The position numbers and the translations under genes are program-made. This document shows, piece by piece, positions 31,284 through 43,653 of a DNA stretch of 64,000 nt. This DNA comes from Enterobacteria phage RB18. How positions within the stretch are numbered: the stretch's first letter is position 1; every line of letters starts with the position of its first letter. Under the pieces are notes generated by a model that was not told the DNA's origin, made no database searches, and was given only the letters and a program-made list of their open reading frames with translations. The stretch is taken from the sequence record NC_054906.1; one strand, 5' to 3'.

Positions 31284-31633
31284 TTAGAAAGGTCCTGGAT
31301 GTCTTCTGCGAACTTGTTGAAGGAGTTGTTGATTTGTTTTTCAACCAATCCTGGCTTATGAGCCACCACATCCGCCTTCTTTGCGTCTTTGCGCAGCTTT
31401 TCATTTTCACGCTCAATAGCAGCAATTGCCTCACGATTTTTATTATTCATCGCATCAATATAATTATACTGAATTCGCAAATTATTTAATGCTAAAGCGT
31501 TTTCATTGGCCGTTTTTGTAATTTCTACAACAGACGTTTCTAATCTTTCAATTTTATTTTTTAAAATTAAAGAAGTTCCGCCCAATGCAATTACAATTAA
31601 TAACAAGCCTGCTGTCGTATTACTTAATTGCAT
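31280..31633 (-). CDS. Inner-membrane spanin (i-spanin)
   Basis: N-terminal TMD followed by coiled-coil periplasmic domain. Confidence 0.6.
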   Translation of the reverse strand: MQLSNTTAGLLLIVIALGGTSLILKNKIERLETSVVEITKTANENALALNNLRIQYNYIDAMNNKNREAIAAIERENEKLRKDAKKADVVAHKPGLVEKQINNSFNKFAEDIQDLSK

Positions 31634-32130
31634 AAAGTTTTAATAACCTCTATAATATCGTCTTGAGAAAGACCGTTAATTAAAATATGATGTTCAGCCG
31701 GAGATTTAGAAATTTTAAAGCATGCCTCAACATCTTCTGCCATATCCGATGCACTACGATTTGGATTACTAATACCAAGGCGGTGTTTTCCCGTCAAAGG
31801 ATTAACGATGATATAGCATTTGCAGCTATTGATATGAACATTGGGTTGAGTCTGATTAATGAACACTTCACAATCATACTTAGCGAGTTGATTTTCTAAA
31901 AAGACTTTCATCTCTTCAACCGCATCAGGAAGCATATCACGGGCTTGCTCAAGACGACGATTTCGATATTCTTTAATGGTCGTTTTCCGCTTGACTTGCT
32001 TTGCTAAATCTTTCTTAAGATCGGTGATATATCCAACTCGACGATTTCCTTTGAATACAGAAATCCCATCTGTAGTATCACCGTATGCTTCAACGACCAT
32101 TTCAGTAGTAATAAGCTGTAAATCCATCAT
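31624..32130 (-). CDS. alc: Alc-like protein (host transcription inhibitor on C-containing DNA)
   Basis: 168 aa; position between rnlA and the spanins as T4 alc. Confidence 0.55.
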   Translation of the reverse strand: MMDLQLITTEMVVEAYGDTTDGISVFKGNRRVGYITDLKKDLAKQVKRKTTIKEYRNRRLEQARDMLPDAVEEMKVFLENQLAKYDCEVFINQTQPNVHINSCKCYIIVNPLTGKHRLGISNPNRSASDMAEDVEACFKISKSPAEHHILINGLSQDDIIEVIKTLCN

Positions 32131-32158
32131 AAAGTCCTCATGTTATGTCAGTAAGACT

Positions 32159-32188
32159 ACTGTAACACAACACGAGGGACTTGTAAAC
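32159..32188 (-). promoter_or_regulatory. T4-type early promoter with conserved leader (copy of 17020-17049)
   Basis: Minus strand GTTTACA, 17 nt, TACAGT, then shared leader CTTACTGACATAACATGAGGA. Confidence 0.5.
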
Positions 32189-32191
32189 AGC

Positions 32192-33779
<1,588 letters not shown>

Positions 33780-33806
33780 AATAAAATGGGCCTTGCGGCC
33801 CACTCC

Positions 33807-34985
33807 TTAAAAATATTTTTTAAAACTCATCATAACTTTATCATCAACATCATTATCAATCTGTGCAACAAGGTAAGATGACAGTTCTACTTCTTGCGGT
33901 GCAGATTGAACATTATCAGAATTAAGATATTCACGAATCCAAGGATATGGATGTTTAACCGGAGCATCGGTAATTGGGCATGGAAGACCGCACTGTTTCA
34001 TACGAGATACAGTTAAGTAATCAATAAAGCTCCACATGCTATTTGTATTTAATCCAGGAACATCGCCATCTTTAAATAAATGAACTGCCCAATCTTTTTC
34101 TTGGCGGTTAACTTCCATGAAAATATCAACTGCTTCTTGTTCACACTCTTGAGCAATTTTAACCCATTCATCGCCATCAGTACCAGATTGAAGTTGACGA
34201 ATAATATATTGAGTGCCTTTAAGGTGAAGCTGTTCATCGCGTGCAATGAACTTCATAATCTTGGCATTACCTTCCATGATTTCCATGTTCTTATGGAAGT
34301 TAAAGGTACATGCGAAAGATACATAAAAACGAATAGCTTCCAATGCGTTGATTACATGCAAACAGAGGTAAAGAGATTTCATTAGCTCACGCTTCCAATA
34401 TGTCTCATGCTCAATAGCATCTTCAATAACGTCTTCGTCTGCATTAATTTCTTTTTGGTATTCGATATCAGCTTTAGCGTTTTCCCAATAACGAGTTTTA
34501 ATCAGAACATCATCATAATAACGTCCAATGGATTCAGCACGTTTCATAATAGCTTCATCTAATACAATTTCATCAAATACCTTCGATGGATCAGTATAAA
34601 GATTTCGCATGATATGTGTATATGAACGGCTGTGAATAGTTTCACTAAAAGTCCACGTAGCAACCCATGTATCAAGGCTTGGGTCTGAAATTAATGACAT
34701 AAGTACAGCAGACGGCGCACGACCCTGAATGCTATCCAAAAGTGATTGATACTTCAAGTTATTAGTAAAAATATCTTGCTGATACTGAGGAAGCTTGTTA
34801 AATTGTGCAGCATCCATCATCAAGTTTACTTCTTCAGGACGCCAGAAAAATGACAATTGCTTTTCGGTTAAATCTTCAAAAACTTTATGACGTTGAATAT
34901 CATAACGCGCAATACCAAGACCTGAACCAAAAAACATAGGTTCTTTTAAAACATCAACTGGATTTGTATTAAAAACTGTGCTCAT
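33807..34985 (-). CDS. nrdB: Ribonucleotide reductase beta subunit, uninterrupted
   Basis: 392 aa continuous ORF with ferritin-like di-iron motifs; no intron. Confidence 0.9.
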   Translation of the reverse strand: MSTVFNTNPVDVLKEPMFFGSGLGIARYDIQRHKVFEDLTEKQLSFFWRPEEVNLMMDAAQFNKLPQYQQDIFTNNLKYQSLLDSIQGRAPSAVLMSLISDPSLDTWVATWTFSETIHSRSYTHIMRNLYTDPSKVFDEIVLDEAIMKRAESIGRYYDDVLIKTRYWENAKADIEYQKEINADEDVIEDAIEHETYWKRELMKSLYLCLHVINALEAIRFYVSFACTFNFHKNMEIMEGNAKIMKFIARDEQLHLKGTQYIIRQLQSGTDGDEWVKIAQECEQEAVDIFMEVNRQEKDWAVHLFKDGDVPGLNTNSMWSFIDYLTVSRMKQCGLPCPITDAPVKHPYPWIREYLNSDNVQSAPQEVELSSYLVAQIDNDVDDKVMMSFKKYF

Positions 34986-35036
34986 AAATTTTCCGCTTAG
35001 TTAATAGTTGGTGACTCGTCCGTGAGTCAAATTATA

Positions 35037-37301
35037 TCATAATTTACAGGATGAACAATCTTCAGCTTTTGGAGTTTCTATTTCATAATCATCAGTACCA
35101 GAACCATCGCGGGTATTGTGATAATAGAAATTTTTTCCGCCAAAATACCAAAAATACAAAAGGTCATCAATCATTATTGACATTGGAACCTTGCCTTTAG
35201 GGAAGATTTGGGGGTCATAGTATGTATTCGCCGAAGCTGATTGACAAACCCATTTCAGCATAATAGCTACCTGCGTAAGATAAGGTTTATTACCTTTCTT
35301 AGCTAATTTCCATGTATAGTCGTAAAGGTCTATGTTATGCTCAATATTGGGCACGACTTGATTAAAGGAGCCCTCTTTTGATTCTTTAACAGAGACTGGT
35401 CCACGTGGAGGCTCGATACCGTTTGTACTGTTAGAAACTTGGGAAGATGACTCACATGGCATAAGTGCTGATAATGTGCTATTACGGATGCCAAAGAGCT
35501 TAAGGTCTTCCCGCAACGACGACCAGTCACAAACGTATTTTGGAGCTGCGATTTGGTCAATCTTTTTATTGTACCAGTCGATAGGTAATTCGCCTCGAGA
35601 CCAACGAGTGTCTGAATAATATTCACAAGGTCCTTTTTCTTTGGCGAGCTTAATGGATGCTTTAATGAGTCCATACTGTAATCTCTCAAATAGTTCATGT
35701 GTTAAATCGTTAGCATCTTCATAAGAAGCAAAGTTACTTGCCAGCCAAGCTGCATAGTTAGTAACACCTACACCGAGGTTACGACGCTTTTTAGCTTTTT
35801 CTGCTTCAGGAACTGGATATCCTTGGTAATCCAAAAGATTATCAAGAGCACGAACTTGGACTTCTGCCAATTCATTAATTTTATCTTGGTCTTGCCAGTC
35901 AAAATTATCTAGTACGAATGCAGAGAGAGTACACAATCCAATTTCAGCATCAGGGCTATTCACATCATTTGTTGGAATAGCAATTTCACAGCACAAGTTA
36001 CTCTGACGAATAGGTGCCTTTTCACGAATAAACGGAGTGTAGTTATTCGTATTATCAATGAACTGTACATAAATCCTTGCTGTTCCTGAGCGTTCAGTCA
36101 TGAGCAATTCAAATAGTTCACGGGCTTTAATACGCTTTTTACGAATATTAGGGTCTTTTTCTGCTGCTTCGTATAATTCACGGAAACGGTCTTGGTCTTT
36201 AAAATAAGAATAATAAAGCTCGCCACCCATTTCATGCGGACTGAACAAAGTAATGTAATCGTTCTTTCCGAATCGTTCCATCATCAAATCATTCAGCTGA
36301 ACACCATAATCCATATGACGAATGCGGTTTTCTTCTACGCCTTTGTTATTTTTCAAAACGAGAAGATTTTCAACTTCCAAATGCCAAATAGGATAATAAG
36401 CAGTAGCAGCGCCGCCACGAATTCCACCCTGTGAACATGATTTAACTGCAGTCTGAAAATGTTTCCAAAAAGGAATAACACCGGTATGGCGTACTTCACC
36501 CATACCAATCTTAGAACCTTCAGCACGAATCATACCAACGTTAATACCAATTCCAGCGCGTTTAGAGATATATTCAACAATTGAAGCGGAAGCCTTGTTG
36601 ATAGACTTTAATGAATCACCTGCCTCAATAACAACACATGAACTAAACTGTCTAGTCGGAGTACGACAACCAGCCATAATAGGAGTTGGCAATGAAATCT
36701 GTCGAGTGGATACTGCTTCATAAAAATGGATAACATGTTTTAATCTATCAACAGGTTCATCTTGATGCAGTGCCATTCCAATAGTCATAAATGCAAACTG
36801 TGGAGTTTCATAAATTTGACCAGTGGTTTTATCTTTAACTAAATATTTTTCTTTTAATTGCATCGCCCCGGAATAAGTAAATTCCATATCCCGTTCGTGC
36901 TTAATTTTTGATTCTAAAAATGTAATTTCTTCTGCTGAATATTTTGACAATAATTCAGGGTCATATTTACCTGCATTTACACAATAAGAAATATGGTCAA
37001 TAAATGAACGTGGTTCATACTGCCCATAAACATGCTTACGAAGAGCGAACATTAAACAACGTGCAGCTACATATTGGTAATCAGGCTCTTCAACCGAAAT
37101 AGAATTCGCAGCGGCCTTAATGACAATAGTCTGAATATCATCAGTTGTCATTCCATCACGGAGATAAGATTTAATATTTTCATATAATTCATAAGGATCT
37201 ACTGATGTTCCTTCAGCTGCCCAAGATAAAACTTTAATAATTTTTTGTGGGTCAAAGCTCTGAGAAACACCACTACTTTTGATAACATTAATTAATTGCA
37301 T
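35037..37301 (-). CDS. nrdA: Ribonucleotide reductase alpha subunit
   Basis: 754 aa; class I RNR large-subunit signatures. Confidence 0.9.
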   Translation of the reverse strand: MQLINVIKSSGVSQSFDPQKIIKVLSWAAEGTSVDPYELYENIKSYLRDGMTTDDIQTIVIKAAANSISVEEPDYQYVAARCLMFALRKHVYGQYEPRSFIDHISYCVNAGKYDPELLSKYSAEEITFLESKIKHERDMEFTYSGAMQLKEKYLVKDKTTGQIYETPQFAFMTIGMALHQDEPVDRLKHVIHFYEAVSTRQISLPTPIMAGCRTPTRQFSSCVVIEAGDSLKSINKASASIVEYISKRAGIGINVGMIRAEGSKIGMGEVRHTGVIPFWKHFQTAVKSCSQGGIRGGAATAYYPIWHLEVENLLVLKNNKGVEENRIRHMDYGVQLNDLMMERFGKNDYITLFSPHEMGGELYYSYFKDQDRFRELYEAAEKDPNIRKKRIKARELFELLMTERSGTARIYVQFIDNTNNYTPFIREKAPIRQSNLCCEIAIPTNDVNSPDAEIGLCTLSAFVLDNFDWQDQDKINELAEVQVRALDNLLDYQGYPVPEAEKAKKRRNLGVGVTNYAAWLASNFASYEDANDLTHELFERLQYGLIKASIKLAKEKGPCEYYSDTRWSRGELPIDWYNKKIDQIAAPKYVCDWSSLREDLKLFGIRNSTLSALMPCESSSQVSNSTNGIEPPRGPVSVKESKEGSFNQVVPNIEHNIDLYDYTWKLAKKGNKPYLTQVAIMLKWVCQSASANTYYDPQIFPKGKVPMSIMIDDLLYFWYFGGKNFYYHNTRDGSGTDDYEIETPKAEDCSSCKL

Positions 37302-37618
37302 AAGTCCTCAACTTGAAAATCGTCTTTAAACAATCGGTTAACTATATGAGCTATTATATCACCATGACACGGCTTTGGTTTACATGTGCATCCTAGCCTC
37401 ATTCCACGTAAAGGCTCTAAATGTGCTTTAGTTATTTCTCCGGATTTAATTCGACGTATAAAATCTTTTTTGAATAATTCAATGGCAGCCTCCCGGCTGC
37501 CAGCATCTTTACCGACGTAATTTCCCCAAAATGTACCACGGTGAATATTAACATCAAAGTCGGATTTGTATTTATTCACTACCCGGCATAGACGGCCCAC
37601 GCTGGAATAATTCGTCAT
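37292..37618 (-). CDS. Small protein with C-terminal CxC-x4-CHGD motif
   Basis: 108 aa; [16 protein letters not shown] cysteine/histidine cluster. Confidence 0.45.
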
Positions 37619-37835
37619 ATTGTTTTTCCGTTAATACAGTAATATCATAGTAACAATCGGAAGAAGTTTTAACTGTGGAAATTTTATTGTCAAAATACTC
37701 ACGAGTCATTTTATGAGTATAGTATTTTTTACCATAAATGGTAATAGGCTGTTCTGGTCCTGGAACTTCTAACTCGCTTGGGTTAGGAAGTGTAAAAAGA
37801 ACAACGCCAGAAGTATCTTTAAATCGTAAAATCAT
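37572..37835 (-). CDS. Hypothetical protein (87 aa)
   Basis: ORF overlapping td start by 4 nt. Confidence 0.4.
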
Positions 37836-38692
37836 ATTGCCATTTTCCCTTTAATTGCTGGATGCGATTCATAATTTTCAAGGATAAAATCTTTCGGTTT
37901 CATGTATTCAGTTAACCAGTAAAGCTGTGTTTCGGTGTCACAATTTCCAAACTCTATAGGCCAATCAATTTTAAGTTCACACAGTTCTTTAGGCTCACGA
38001 CGTAAAATTTCTTTACATTGCGCAGTATGATTCATATAGATGTGAGTATTACCACCAGAAAATATCAAATCTCCTGGGATAAGATTACACATCTTAGCCA
38101 CAATATGCGTCAAGGCAGCGTACGAGGCAATGTTGAATGGCAATCCCAAGAAAACATCTACACTTCTTTGGTACCATTGTAAATCAAGATAACCATTACG
38201 CACATTAAACTGATAGAACATATGACAGGGCGGTAATGCCATTTGATTGATTTCAGCTGGATTCCATGCTGAAACGATTTGACGTCGATCAGTTGGTAAT
38301 TTTTTAATACGATCAATAGTTTCAACTAATTGATCCACACCGCCGAAATCACGCCATTGTTTACCGTATATAGGACCAAGTTCACCACTATGATATCCTA
38401 GGTCTTTAGCCTGGTTTTCATAGTTATCGTCCCAAATAGTTTTACCTTGAATAAGACTGCCATGAGTGCGAAGACGTAAATCATTAACATTGGTAGAACC
38501 GGAAATAAACCATAGAAGCTCAGCAATGCATGCATTCCAGGCGAGCTTTTTAGTTGTTACCGCAGGAAAACCTTTAGTTAAATCCCAGCGTAATTTAGTA
38601 CCGAACAAAGCAATTGTTCCTGTGCCTGTTCGGTCATCGGTTTCATAGCCATTTTCAAAAATGTCTTTAATTAAATCTTGGTATTGTTTCAT
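37832..38692 (-). CDS. td: Thymidylate synthase, uninterrupted
   Basis: 286 aa continuous ORF; PPCH active-site motif; no intron. Confidence 0.9.
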
Positions 38693-38737
38693 TTAGTACC
38701 TTATATAAATTATAATACATTTTATGAAGCTAAATAA

Positions 38738-39097
38738 TCAATACGGTTTAGCATCAAATTTTCTCTCAATTTCAGGCGTGAAATATAATTCTTTACCGCG
38801 TTTGGAAAAGCGACCAATAATATGATAATTATTTTCATCAAATGTGATATTACCAATATCCATAGCTTTCAACCAAATATCGATATTTCTATCCAGCTTT
38901 ATGTCAAAATTCCAATACGGAGAACTATTACCGAAAATACTGCAAGCGGATTCAGTGAAACAACTGCTATAAATCTTGTCTTTAGGAACTACTAATTGAT
39001 AGACGCCTTTAATAAACTGAGGACCTTGCCATTTTGGCTGTTTCACGTCTTTTTCTAATAGAATAGGGTAATAATTAAAATTCATATTTTCCGCCAC
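38738..39097 (-). CDS. Hypothetical protein (119 aa) inserted between frd and td
   Basis: ORF with SD filling a roughly 410-bp frd-td spacer. Confidence 0.5.
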   Translation of the reverse strand: MAENMNFNYYPILLEKDVKQPKWQGPQFIKGVYQLVVPKDKIYSSCFTESACSIFGNSSPYWNFDIKLDRNIDIWLKAMDIGNITFDENNYHIIGRFSKRGKELYFTPEIERKFDAKPY

Positions 39098-39105
39098 GCG
39101 TTATT

Positions 39106-39932
<827 letters not shown>

Positions 39933-39943
39933 ATTATCTCCTA

Positions 39944-40276
39944 TTAAAAAGGATCAGGAACATATCCGCTAGCTTTAATCATTTTAATTAACGTTAACAT
40001 TCCTTTGTTAACTGCTCGTGAGATTTCATCAAAAACTTCATCACTAAAAAGTTCTAACACGCCCTTCTGAACTTTTAATTTACAGCCAACAATTTCTTCA
40101 TCGCCTATAGTAAATTCATTACCACCAATTCCACCGAAAAACTTAATTACACCAGTTAACTGTCTTCCACGAGAATATGGGTCGTGTGATAAAGTAATAT
40201 GAGTCACCCCGGGTACAGTTTTAAATTGGCAGCGAATATTTACTTGTGAAATTCCAGTTACATGAATGTCAGACAT
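39944..40276 (-). CDS. Hypothetical protein (110 aa)
   Basis: ORF. Confidence 0.45.
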   Translation of the reverse strand: MSDIHVTGISQVNIRCQFKTVPGVTHITLSHDPYSRGRQLTGVIKFFGGIGGNEFTIGDEEIVGCKLKVQKGVLELFSDEVFDEISRAVNKGMLTLIKMIKASGYVPDPF

Positions 40277-40286
40277 AATATTTTCC

Positions 40287-40529
40287 TCAAATAGACTTTT
40301 TCACAATTTTCCAATCAGCTTTAAACTGATCAACGTCAGAGTGATAAATCCAAAATCCTGCGCTTTCACCGTCTTCATAAAGCGGACACCCATCGCATTC
40401 ATCTTCCCATCCCATATCACGCAAAAGATGTTCAGCTTTTTCAACAAGCTCAGAATCTTTACCGATGATATTAAAATACCATTTACCTCTAACTTCTGAA
40501 TCTTTGATGCTCTGACGTTGTAATCTCAT
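40287..40529 (-). CDS. Hypothetical protein (80 aa from SD-proximal start)
   Basis: Track ORF 40287-40586; upstream part overlaps an early promoter, AAGGAGAATAAAATG start at 40529 preferred. Confidence 0.4.
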   Translation of the reverse strand: MRLQRQSIKDSEVRGKWYFNIIGKDSELVEKAEHLLRDMGWEDECDGCPLYEDGESAGFWIYHSDVDQFKADWKIVKKSI

Positions 40530-40552
40530 TTTATTCTCCTTAGTTGATAAGG

Positions 40553-40584
40553 CTATAGTATCACTACCATAGCCTGTTGTAAAC
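40553..40584 (-). promoter_or_regulatory. T4-type early promoter
   Basis: Minus strand GTTTACA, spacer, ATACTATAG. Confidence 0.45.
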
Positions 40585-40586
40585 AA

Positions 40587-40847
40587 TTATTTTTGAATTT
40601 TATCAAGCCACTTACCAAGCTTAATCATTTCTTTAGTAGCCTTTTCCATACTTCTGAACTTAACCAATAGAGGATAGGTATCGACACCCATAACTAAGCT
40701 AGTTACAAGACTGTGTTCACCCACAAGCCATAACGAATACGTTTGAATATCGAGCCCGTAATTTCTGTCTTTATGGACCCGTACACCCATCACTTCAAAT
40801 TTCTCACTAGCTTTTTCTACCGCATCCAGGAAATCATCTTTAGTCAT
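40587..40847 (-). CDS. Hypothetical protein
   Basis: ORF (track 40587-40889; internal Met start avoids overlap). Confidence 0.4.
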   Translation of the reverse strand: MTKDDFLDAVEKASEKFEVMGVRVHKDRNYGLDIQTYSLWLVGEHSLVTSLVMGVDTYPLLVKFRSMEKATKEMIKLGKWLDKIQK

Positions 40848-40848
40848 A

Positions 40849-41229
40849 TTAGGCCTTAAAAGTTTTTCGCAAAAGTTCAATGATTTCATCTACATTGTTT
40901 TCGTCAACAATGCAGTGAATTTTTGTTACGCCAGAAACCTTGTCTTTGACTTCATCTTTTTCAGAAGTCGGTTCTTTATACTCACGAAAACAATGAAATT
41001 CGTCTTCGCAAATTTCTAAAAGTCTATCTTTGAGGTAAAAATGCTTTCCATTTGCGCATTCAATGTGTTTTACTGCTTTATATCCATTAGCGACGGAAAC
41101 TTCTTTAACTTCAAACCATCCGCCATTATCTCGAATCGCTTTAACTATTGATGAATTAGAACGTGGGCTATAATTAATAAATGTATCAATAAGTCTTGGA
41201 ACAAGCTCATACTTTTTACCGGTATACAT
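40849..41229 (-). CDS. Hypothetical protein (126 aa)
   Basis: ORF. Confidence 0.45.
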   Translation of the reverse strand: MYTGKKYELVPRLIDTFINYSPRSNSSIVKAIRDNGGWFEVKEVSVANGYKAVKHIECANGKHFYLKDRLLEICEDEFHCFREYKEPTSEKDEVKDKVSGVTKIHCIVDENNVDEIIELLRKTFKA

Positions 41230-41274
41230 TACGTTTTCCTCATTTTAATAGGGGCTGTAATAGCCCCTCGATAA

Positions 41275-41502
41275 TTATTGTTCAATCAGTCCCATGTAAA
41301 ATTCTGCGTCTTCAGAATCCATGCCATCACAGTATTCATTAGCCATAAAGCGGGTGAGGTCTTCAAGAGGACCTTCAATAACAATTTGAATACTCCAAAA
41401 CTTAGAATCTTGCACGCTTGTGATACTAAGTTCAGGATAACGATTACGAATAATTTCTTCGATATATTCAAAATCAACGATGTCAATATCAACTTTAGCC
41501 AT
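41275..41502 (-). CDS. Small acidic hypothetical protein
   Basis: ORF; start at second Met which has SD AAAGAGGAA. Confidence 0.4.
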   Translation of the reverse strand: MAKVDIDIVDFEYIEEIIRNRYPELSITSVQDSKFWSIQIVIEGPLEDLTRFMANEYCDGMDSEDAEFYMGLIEQ

Positions 41503-41543
41503 ATTATTTTCCTCTTTAATCATCAGCAGTATTGCCGATAGTT

Positions 41544-41575
41544 GTATAGTACCATGGAAGAACAGGGATGTAAAC
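41544..41575 (-). promoter_or_regulatory. T4-type early promoter
   Basis: Minus strand GTTTACA, 17 nt, GGTACTATAC. Confidence 0.5.
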
Positions 41576-41606
41576 AGTTTTGTGAAAAAATTTTTGAAAT
41601 AAAAAA

Positions 41607-41625
41607 GGGGACCCTAGAGGTCCCC
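41607..41625 (-). terminator. Terminator after gene 32
   Basis: ggggacc-CTAGA-ggtcccc followed by T-run on minus strand. Confidence 0.7.
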
Positions 41626-41647
41626 AATTAATTAGTAATATAATCTA

Positions 41648-42556
41648 TTAAAGGTCATTCAAAAGGTCATCCAGGTCCGTGTCATCAGCACTAGATGAAC
41701 TGCCAGAGCTTGAGCTCATAAAATCATCTTCAGTTTTTGTATTGAAGTCATCAACATTGAATGCATCCAAATCATCAGCAACTTTATCAGCTTTCTTAGC
41801 GGCAGTTGCTGCGGCACCGCCCATCACAGCAGTTCCCATAACTTGACCGAATTTAGTGCTCAGTTCTTCAAACGATTTGAATTTATCTTTAGAAGTCATT
41901 TCAGAAAGGTCAACCATTTGTTCGAACAGTTCTTTCTGGAAAGATTCATCGTCAATGTTTGGAATCGCAGATTGATTCAGGAATTTAGATTCGTCGTAGT
42001 TACTAAATCCAGAAACTTGTTTAACTTTCAGTACAAAGTTAGCACCTTCCCACGGACAAGTTACATCAACCGGAGTTTCACCCATTTCAACATCAACTGC
42101 AATCATTGCATTGATTTTATCCCAGATTTTCTTACCGAAACGGTATTTAAATACTTTACCTTCATTTTCTGGAGCAGCTGGGTCTTTTACTACAAGAATG
42201 TTAGCCCAGTAAGAAGTTTTACGTTTAACAAGACTGTACTCTTTATTGTCAGTGTTGTACAGATCATTTTTACTAATGTATTGACATACTGGGCAAGAAT
42301 CGTAATCACCGTGGGTAGATGAACAGTTTTCAATATACCATTTACCATTTTTCTTGAAACCGTGATTTACAAGAATTGCGAATGGTGCTTGTTCATCATT
42401 TTTAGACGGAAGAAAACGAATTACTGCTTGACCGTTACCCGCATTATCGAGTTTCAGTTTCCACTCGCCTTTATCTTCAGAAGAAAAACCGCCTTTATTT
42501 CCAGCCAGTTTAGCCATTTGTGCAGCGAGTTCAGCAGTAGATTTACGTTTAAACAT
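41648..42556 (-). CDS. 32: Single-stranded DNA-binding protein gp32
   Basis: 302 aa; acidic Ser/Asp-rich C-terminal tail; T4 gp32 position. Confidence 0.9.
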   Translation of the reverse strand: MFKRKSTAELAAQMAKLAGNKGGFSSEDKGEWKLKLDNAGNGQAVIRFLPSKNDEQAPFAILVNHGFKKNGKWYIENCSSTHGDYDSCPVCQYISKNDLYNTDNKEYSLVKRKTSYWANILVVKDPAAPENEGKVFKYRFGKKIWDKINAMIAVDVEMGETPVDVTCPWEGANFVLKVKQVSGFSNYDESKFLNQSAIPNIDDESFQKELFEQMVDLSEMTSKDKFKSFEELSTKFGQVMGTAVMGGAAATAAKKADKVADDLDAFNVDDFNTKTEDDFMSSSSGSSSSADDTDLDDLLNDL

Positions 42557-42639
42557 TTTTATTTCCTTTTTAATTTAATTAACAGTTGGTGCTATGACGA
42601 TGTATGACCTCATAGCTGGTCAGTGAGATAATTATAATC

Positions 42640-42647
42640 TATTTATA
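42640..42647 (-). promoter_or_regulatory. Late promoter (TATAAATA) in composite gene 32 promoter region
   Basis: tatttata on plus strand with adjacent TATAAT and MotA-like TTGCTTA on minus strand. Confidence 0.45.
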
Positions 42648-42655
42648 ATAAGCAA

Positions 42656-43309
42656 TTAATACTTGCAAGATTTCACAGTTTCAATAAAAACACTTTTAGC
42701 TTTCTGTGAATCAATATTTAAAATTTTTCTATAAGCCTTTAACTTTATAGAATAATTATTCCAGACTAAATTATCAGTCTGTTCATCATGTTTATCAATT
42801 ATATTTAAAAACGAATCAAGCAAGATAAACGTCTCAAACGAAATTATATTTGATTGAAGTAGTTTAAAAATATAACTTGATTGAACTTTTGGATTATACT
42901 CAAAAATTTCTTTAAAAGCAGAAACTTCAACTTTTTTACTAAAATAATAAATGTTGCGAATATCTTCTTCAAACTTAAATTTAATTTGCTTTAAGCGTCC
43001 GATATATTCACGATAAAACACAAGTGCATCAGCGTCAGAGATGTCACCAATCCAAGCATCTTGGTTAGCAACCAAATTACTTATAAAGATTAAAGCAAGT
43101 TCCTTTAATTTATATTTTTCTGATAACTTCTGGAAAAAATACTTATCCCTTCGCTTTTGATAAGCGGCATCAGACACCCGCATGCACCAATTATACTTAA
43201 TAACATCATACTTTCCATTCATATGTTGTTTTATCATTAAGTATAATTTATAAACTGATTTACCATCAATGTATCTTTCACCACCAGCAGGCATGCGGAG
43301 TTTAATCAT
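42656..43309 (-). CDS. 59: Helicase loader gp59
   Basis: 217 aa, synteny. Confidence 0.8.
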   Translation of the reverse strand: MIKLRMPAGGERYIDGKSVYKLYLMIKQHMNGKYDVIKYNWCMRVSDAAYQKRRDKYFFQKLSEKYKLKELALIFISNLVANQDAWIGDISDADALVFYREYIGRLKQIKFKFEEDIRNIYYFSKKVEVSAFKEIFEYNPKVQSSYIFKLLQSNIISFETFILLDSFLNIIDKHDEQTDNLVWNNYSIKLKAYRKILNIDSQKAKSVFIETVKSCKY

Positions 43310-43653
43310 AGTAGAAAATCTAATGTATTAGTTTTTTCACAACGAACAACAGAAGGACGTAAAAGATTTTCGTCAATAGCTTCTGACTGAATTTTTTCAA
43401 TTATACCCGAAGGAATAAATTTAGCAAATTGGGTTTCAGGAATAGAGTTTTCTTCCAAGAATGCTGTCGTAGCTTCAAGATAACTCATTCCAAACTCTTC
43501 TACCATTTTTTCAATGATAAATCCATTTTCTTGACGATCAAGAAGCTTTGCAATTTCATCCTTTTCTTTCTTAAGGGAAAGTTCTTTTTCTGAAAGCCCG
43601 GCCTCATCGACCGGACGAATATCATTTAGAGAAAACTGTGTCATAAAGTTCAA
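43306..43653 (-). CDS. 33: Late transcription co-activator gp33
   Basis: About 112 aa from internal Met; synteny. Confidence 0.7.
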   Translation of the reverse strand: MNFMTQFSLNDIRPVDEAGLSEKELSLKKEKDEIAKLLDRQENGFIIEKMVEEFGMSYLEATTAFLEENSIPETQFAKFIPSGIIEKIQSEAIDENLLRPSVVRCEKTNTLDFLL

